64,000 nucleotides of DNA from Candidatus Spongiisociaceae bacterium (GTDB lineage Bacteria; Actinomycetota; Acidimicrobiia; Spongiisociales; Spongiisociaceae). This document shows positions 60,401 to 64,000 of the stretch, in pieces. Position numbers and translations under genes: made by a program. Every line of letters begins with the position of its first letter. The stretch's first letter is position 1. The notes under the pieces were generated by a model that did no database searches, was not told the DNA's origin, and was given only the letters and a program-made list of their open reading frames with translations. The stretch is taken from NCBI GenBank assembly GCA_965202665.1, contig OZ241841.1, positions 2,368,001 through 2,432,000 on the forward strand. Reading direction: 5' to 3'.

Positions 60401-60479
60401 ACCCCCAGACACAAAGGGGGAAAAACCATTGGTAGGGTAGCGGGGCGCGCAAGCGAGACAATCCAGGCAAGGAGAACCG

Positions 60480-60983
60480 ATGGCAAAGCTGAAAACCCAA
60501 AAAGAGCCCCAGGCCCCCAAGGATCCCCCAGATATAAACGTCCCCGACCGTTTCACCAGAGAAGACGCCGAGAGGGCCGCCCTTTTTCTGCAGAACCTGT
60601 TGCGGGCGAACGGGTCTTTGTCCAAGCCGGTCCATTTGTCAAGCAGAAACAAATCAGGCGAGCCGACCGCGGCGGAGCTGCCGCAGTTGGCGGCGCAACT
60701 GTTAGCCGAGTTGTTGAACAAGCTGGGGCAGGGGCACGCGGTGTCGGTGGAGACGGTGGAGGCCGATCTAACCCCCGGACAGGCCGCCAAGGTTCTAAGC
60801 GTAGACCGTCAGTACCTGATGGACCTGCTGAACAAAGGCGAGATCCCATATAGGAAGGTAGGAAACCACCACCAGATTTCCCTAACAGCCCTACTTGATT
60901 TCAAACGCCGAGACGACGATCACCGCCGCGAGATCGCCAGACAACTAACAGAAGAGGCGGAACATATAGGCCTTGGATATTAG
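60480..60983 (+). CDS. Excisionase-family (MerR-like HTH) DNA-binding protein
   Basis: ELP..A..LL..LL..LGQG.AV, LTPGQAA.VLSV.R.YL..LL..GEIPYRKVG.H..I; AAGGAG RBS. Confidence 0.82.
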   Translation: MAKLKTQKEPQAPKDPPDINVPDRFTREDAERAALFLQNLLRANGSLSKPVHLSSRNKSGEPTAAELPQLAAQLLAELLNKLGQGHAVSVETVEADLTPGQAAKVLSVDRQYLMDLLNKGEIPYRKVGNHHQISLTALLDFKRRDDDHRREIARQLTEEAEHIGLGY

Positions 60984-61006
60984 CGAGAAGGGTAAAGGAG
61001 CAACCG

Positions 61007-61681
61007 ATGGCAACGCTGGAAACCCGCAAAGGGCCCCTGATTCTGAACATTCCTGACAGTGTGACCAGGAGAATGGCCGAAGACGCGGCAAATTACCTAG
61101 TGGGCCTGCGGAACGTGAACGGACGCATCGCCAGGATCGTAGGGTTCGTCAGCAGCGACGGCGCAGAGGACCCAACTACGGTGATGTTGCCGCAGCTGGC
61201 GTTGGATCTGATCACCAAGTTGCTGACCGAGCTGGGGCAGGGGCACGCGGTGTCGGTGGAGACGGTGGAGGCCGAGCTAACCCCCGGGCAGGCGGCCGAG
61301 GTTCTGAGCGTAGACCGTCAGTACCTGGTGGACCTGCTGAATGAAGGCGAGATCCCATATAGGAAGGTAGGAAGCCACCGCCAGATTTCCCTAACGGCCC
61401 TACTTGACTTCAAACGCCGCAACGACGATTACCGCCGCGAGATAGCCAACCGACCCAACTGGCGTTCCCGGATTCACTTGTCAGGGACCGGACATGAGGG
61501 TGGTATTGTTACTGGCTCGCAAACAAGGGAGCGGGGCATCACCTACGGAGGCAAGGTGACGGCGATTGTGGAGGCCGGGGAAGCAGCGCAGGTGGCCTCC
61601 GCCAAAGAGGTGGTATCGGACGAAGCGCAAGAGGCGCTAGCGTCAGCCGGGGTGGCCCCCGGTTTCATGAGCGGGTGCTGA
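61007..61681 (+). CDS. Second excisionase-family HTH protein with unrelated C-terminal extension
   Basis: Core 61230-61448 is nearly identical in DNA to 60721-60939; N- and C-termini differ. Confidence 0.75.
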   Translation: MATLETRKGPLILNIPDSVTRRMAEDAANYLVGLRNVNGRIARIVGFVSSDGAEDPTTVMLPQLALDLITKLLTELGQGHAVSVETVEAELTPGQAAEVLSVDRQYLVDLLNEGEIPYRKVGSHRQISLTALLDFKRRNDDYRREIANRPNWRSRIHLSGTGHEGGIVTGSQTRERGITYGGKVTAIVEAGEAAQVASAKEVVSDEAQEALASAGVAPGFMSGC

Positions 61682-61857
61682 CCGCGCTGGCAGCCTCCGG
61701 GGTCTCCGATGACAAGTAACAGGTCTTGGGGCGTTGGTTTAGCCTCCGGTACCCCCCAGAGCCGGGCGCAAAACCATGGGGGGCGGGATTGCGTTCCCCG
61801 CTCCTCGTCCGGTCAGCACCCCAGCCAATCGAACCGCCGCGGCGGGGGAGGTGAAAG

Positions 61858-63057
61858 ATGATAAAATGGTTTAAGGGGATGGTGACCCGGGGGCGGAGCC
61901 AGGAACAGGTTGGTGGGGCGGAGGTCAGCGACGGACTGGGAGATCATCTGAAGGATCTGGTCTCGTTCGTGCAGGGGGACTACAAGTCAGCGCGTGAGGC
62001 GACGCCGGGACTTTCAGGACAGCTCGACTATTTGAGAGAGAAGACTTCCGGTATAGAAGGGGAGATCAAGGAGGGTCGAGACGCGGTGGTGGATGTGGCA
62101 GGCAAGGTTGGCGATTTGAGAAGGGGGCTTAGTGATGCCAGCAAGGCAATCAAAGAAGCCGCTGAAGAAGGCCAAGAAGTTGAATGTTTGATGCAGGACG
62201 CCGCGGAACTGGTGGAAAAATACAAAGACGTCGCAAGTGATGTCAAGCAGGCCGTAAATAAAACTAGGGCGGTAGCGAAGGGTGCCGGGGACGTGATGCC
62301 GGATATTGTCGATGTCGCGGCTAAAGCCAGGGAGGTGGTGGAGAGGCAGTACTCCACAGAGCAGAAACTTACCCAGATGGTGGAGCGTGGGTTGTCTCTT
62401 GTTTCCACCACAAGTATCAATAGTGTAGCGGAGAGATTCAAAGAGTCTGCCCGGCGGCAAAGCCGCAAAATCCTTTACCTCTGGATAGCCCTAGTTGTGG
62501 TGGTCTTGGGGGCTGTTTATATATCCATAGGGTTGTGGAATTCGTGGAAAATGGACGAGGTAAAAGAAGGTCTCCCTCTTTTTCTGATTCTGCGGTCCGC
62601 CACGCTCAGCGGGCTAGCCACTCTTATTGTGTTTCTGTATAGGGCGATGAAGCCCGCCGAGCAGGAGCGTAAGAACTACGAGATGAAGAGCAATGTGCTT
62701 GCGTCGTCGATGGCGGTTCATAAAGAATCGTTGTCCGCCCCACTGCAGAGGGTGGTCGCAGAGGAGCTCGGCTGGAAGGCGGCGCCGAGCAGATTGAAAA
62801 TGTATCTACGAAACGATGATGTCGTTTGCCTAGAGAATCTTCTGAACGAGGACATCAACGTGGCCGGGTACGGGGTCATATGCTGGGACAAAGATAACCG
62901 TCGCATAGCGGATTACTCCTACCATATCACCGCGCAAGATATCCTTGCCGGGCATGAATCTATGTCGGTGCTTGATAAGGACATCAGTGAGGTGAGTCGT
63001 GTTGAGTTATATGATGGGGAACGGAATGTCGTGGCCCGATGGACGAATAAAGCGTAA
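61858..63057 (+). CDS. Hypothetical protein: long coiled coil, two TM helices, C-terminal globular region
   Basis: GGAGGTG RBS; heptad-rich N-terminal half; hydrophobic ILYLWIALVVVVLGAVYISIGLW and LPLFLIL...LIVFLY. Confidence 0.75.
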   Translation: MIKWFKGMVTRGRSQEQVGGAEVSDGLGDHLKDLVSFVQGDYKSAREATPGLSGQLDYLREKTSGIEGEIKEGRDAVVDVAGKVGDLRRGLSDASKAIKEAAEEGQEVECLMQDAAELVEKYKDVASDVKQAVNKTRAVAKGAGDVMPDIVDVAAKAREVVERQYSTEQKLTQMVERGLSLVSTTSINSVAERFKESARRQSRKILYLWIALVVVVLGAVYISIGLWNSWKMDEVKEGLPLFLILRSATLSGLATLIVFLYRAMKPAEQERKNYEMKSNVLASSMAVHKESLSAPLQRVVAEELGWKAAPSRLKMYLRNDDVVCLENLLNEDINVAGYGVICWDKDNRRIADYSYHITAQDILAGHESMSVLDKDISEVSRVELYDGERNVVARWTNKA

Positions 63058-63147
63058 GGGGACTCCGCCGGGCTGATTTATTCGCCTCCCATAGACAAGG
63101 GGCCACCATATCCACAACCACGTTCACTAGCCTCAGTACACTTCCTG

Positions 63148-63621
63148 TTATCCGCGTTTATCGTAACGAGCACATAGATTTTTCTTTTGATGTATACTTC
63201 TACGCGCTCTTTTAGCTTTGTCATTTTCACCTGTAGGATATATTCTTCCTTCTTTTATCAACTTCTTAAAATCTGATTTTAAATCATTATCGTGTGTATA
63301 TAGAAGTCGCGCTCCACTGATGAGAGCTAATGCAATGATGTGTTGATCATTGGACTTACAGTTACCTTGCTGTAGCAACTGTTGGCATTTTTTATCAACC
63401 TTATCGTCATCTTTTGAAGAAATGCGTATAGCATTACCCGTTCTAAAGGCATTACGATACCAATTGCGAAACAGTAAAGTTCTATCCAGCTCTCCAAGTA
63501 GAGTTTTTCCAACCACTAATTTAATTCCTCCTTTCATAATCCAATTACGCAAATCGTCACCGGATGCCGACTTTTGTCCTAACACCTCGCTAACGGAGTT
63601 CGTATCTAATATAACGCACAT
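63148..63621 (-). CDS. PIN-domain-like protein
   Basis: MCVILDTNSV start, SNDQHIIALA, LLYTHDNDL: acidic residues in PIN-like positions; low GC. Confidence 0.7.
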   Translation of the reverse strand: MCVILDTNSVSEVLGQKSASGDDLRNWIMKGGIKLVVGKTLLGELDRTLLFRNWYRNAFRTGNAIRISSKDDDKVDKKCQQLLQQGNCKSNDQHIIALALISGARLLYTHDNDLKSDFKKLIKEGRIYPTGENDKAKRARRSIHQKKNLCARYDKRG

Positions 63622-63629
63622 TTTATATG

Positions 63630-64000
63630 CTATAATCCGATAGATCTGTCTACTTCTTCCATAAAAAACTTACCATAGCCCGGCGGTGCTCCCACAACAT
63701 TCCCCGCTTTGTCGTATCTCATAGAATGTATCTTCACATCGAGTCCAGTCCGTTCAAAATACAAAACAGAAACATCAGATTCTTTTATTTTTCCGTCTCT
63801 AACGTCCATACGCACACGATCTATTATAAAGTCACTGTGCGTTTCAATAATAAACTGTCTATTATTGTTGGCGTATTGGCAAAGCAAAGAAGCTATCTCG
63901 GCTTGAGCCCTAGGATGAAGATGCACTTCTGGTTGCTGTAAAAGATACATACCAAAGCTATTATCTCCAAAGATGTCGGTTAGCAGAGGTAAGATTTGGC
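63630..64000 (-). CDS. C-terminal part of an ABC/AAA_21-like ATPase (runs off the window)
   Basis: Frame open to the window edge: QILPLL...LLQQPEVHLHPRAQ, IIETHSDFII, PPGYGKFF..E tail; low GC. Confidence 0.82.
   Translation of the reverse strand, partial: QILPLLTDIFGDNSFGMYLLQQPEVHLHPRAQAEIASLLCQYANNNRQFIIETHSDFIIDRVRMDVRDGKIKESDVSVLYFERTGLDVKIHSMRYDKAGNVVGAPPGYGKFFMEEVDRSIGL

Noticed and set aside
1-64000. tRNA, rRNA, integrase or transposase genes
   Set aside because: None recognised by eye; a tRNAscan/Rfam/HMM run would be needed to exclude them formally.

Overview
High-GC bacterial DNA, most likely an actinobacterium of the Acidimicrobiia type. This is inferred from the actinobacterial-type GlgC and the Cys-containing SLH-like modules; a host-associated (e.g. 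sponge) lifestyle is plausible but unproven. In order: (1) a complete System I cytochrome c maturation operon on the minus strand (ccmA-B-C-D-E-F-H-TPR-ccmG, including a 43-aa ccmD missed by the ORF track); (2) a 5.2-kb array of six paralogous, mosaic membrane-anchored coiled-coil genes or fragments with a triplicated ~250-bp leader, one copy split by a 1.6-kb insert of mobile-element debris carrying a sliding-clamp-like fragment; (3) glgC; (4) a his operon headed by a TrpR-family (YerC/HisR-like) repressor with a clear promoter and palindromic operator, plus a divergent hisA; (5) a stand-alone HsdR_N-like nuclease and a decayed phage-like replication module with a dnaB pseudogene; (6) a 38-kb gene for a ~12,700-aa secreted surface protein built from dozens of Calx-beta/Ig-like repeats, four capped plant-type LRR blocks, nested domain insertions, a Pro-rich linker and two SLH-like anchors, whose putative promoter has a C13 tract between the -35 and -10 boxes (candidate phase variation); (7) two tandem excisionase-like HTH genes, a coiled-coil membrane protein, and a low-GC ABC/AAA ATPase + PIN pair at the right edge. 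All calls were made by eye; no searches were run, and domain boundaries are approximate.
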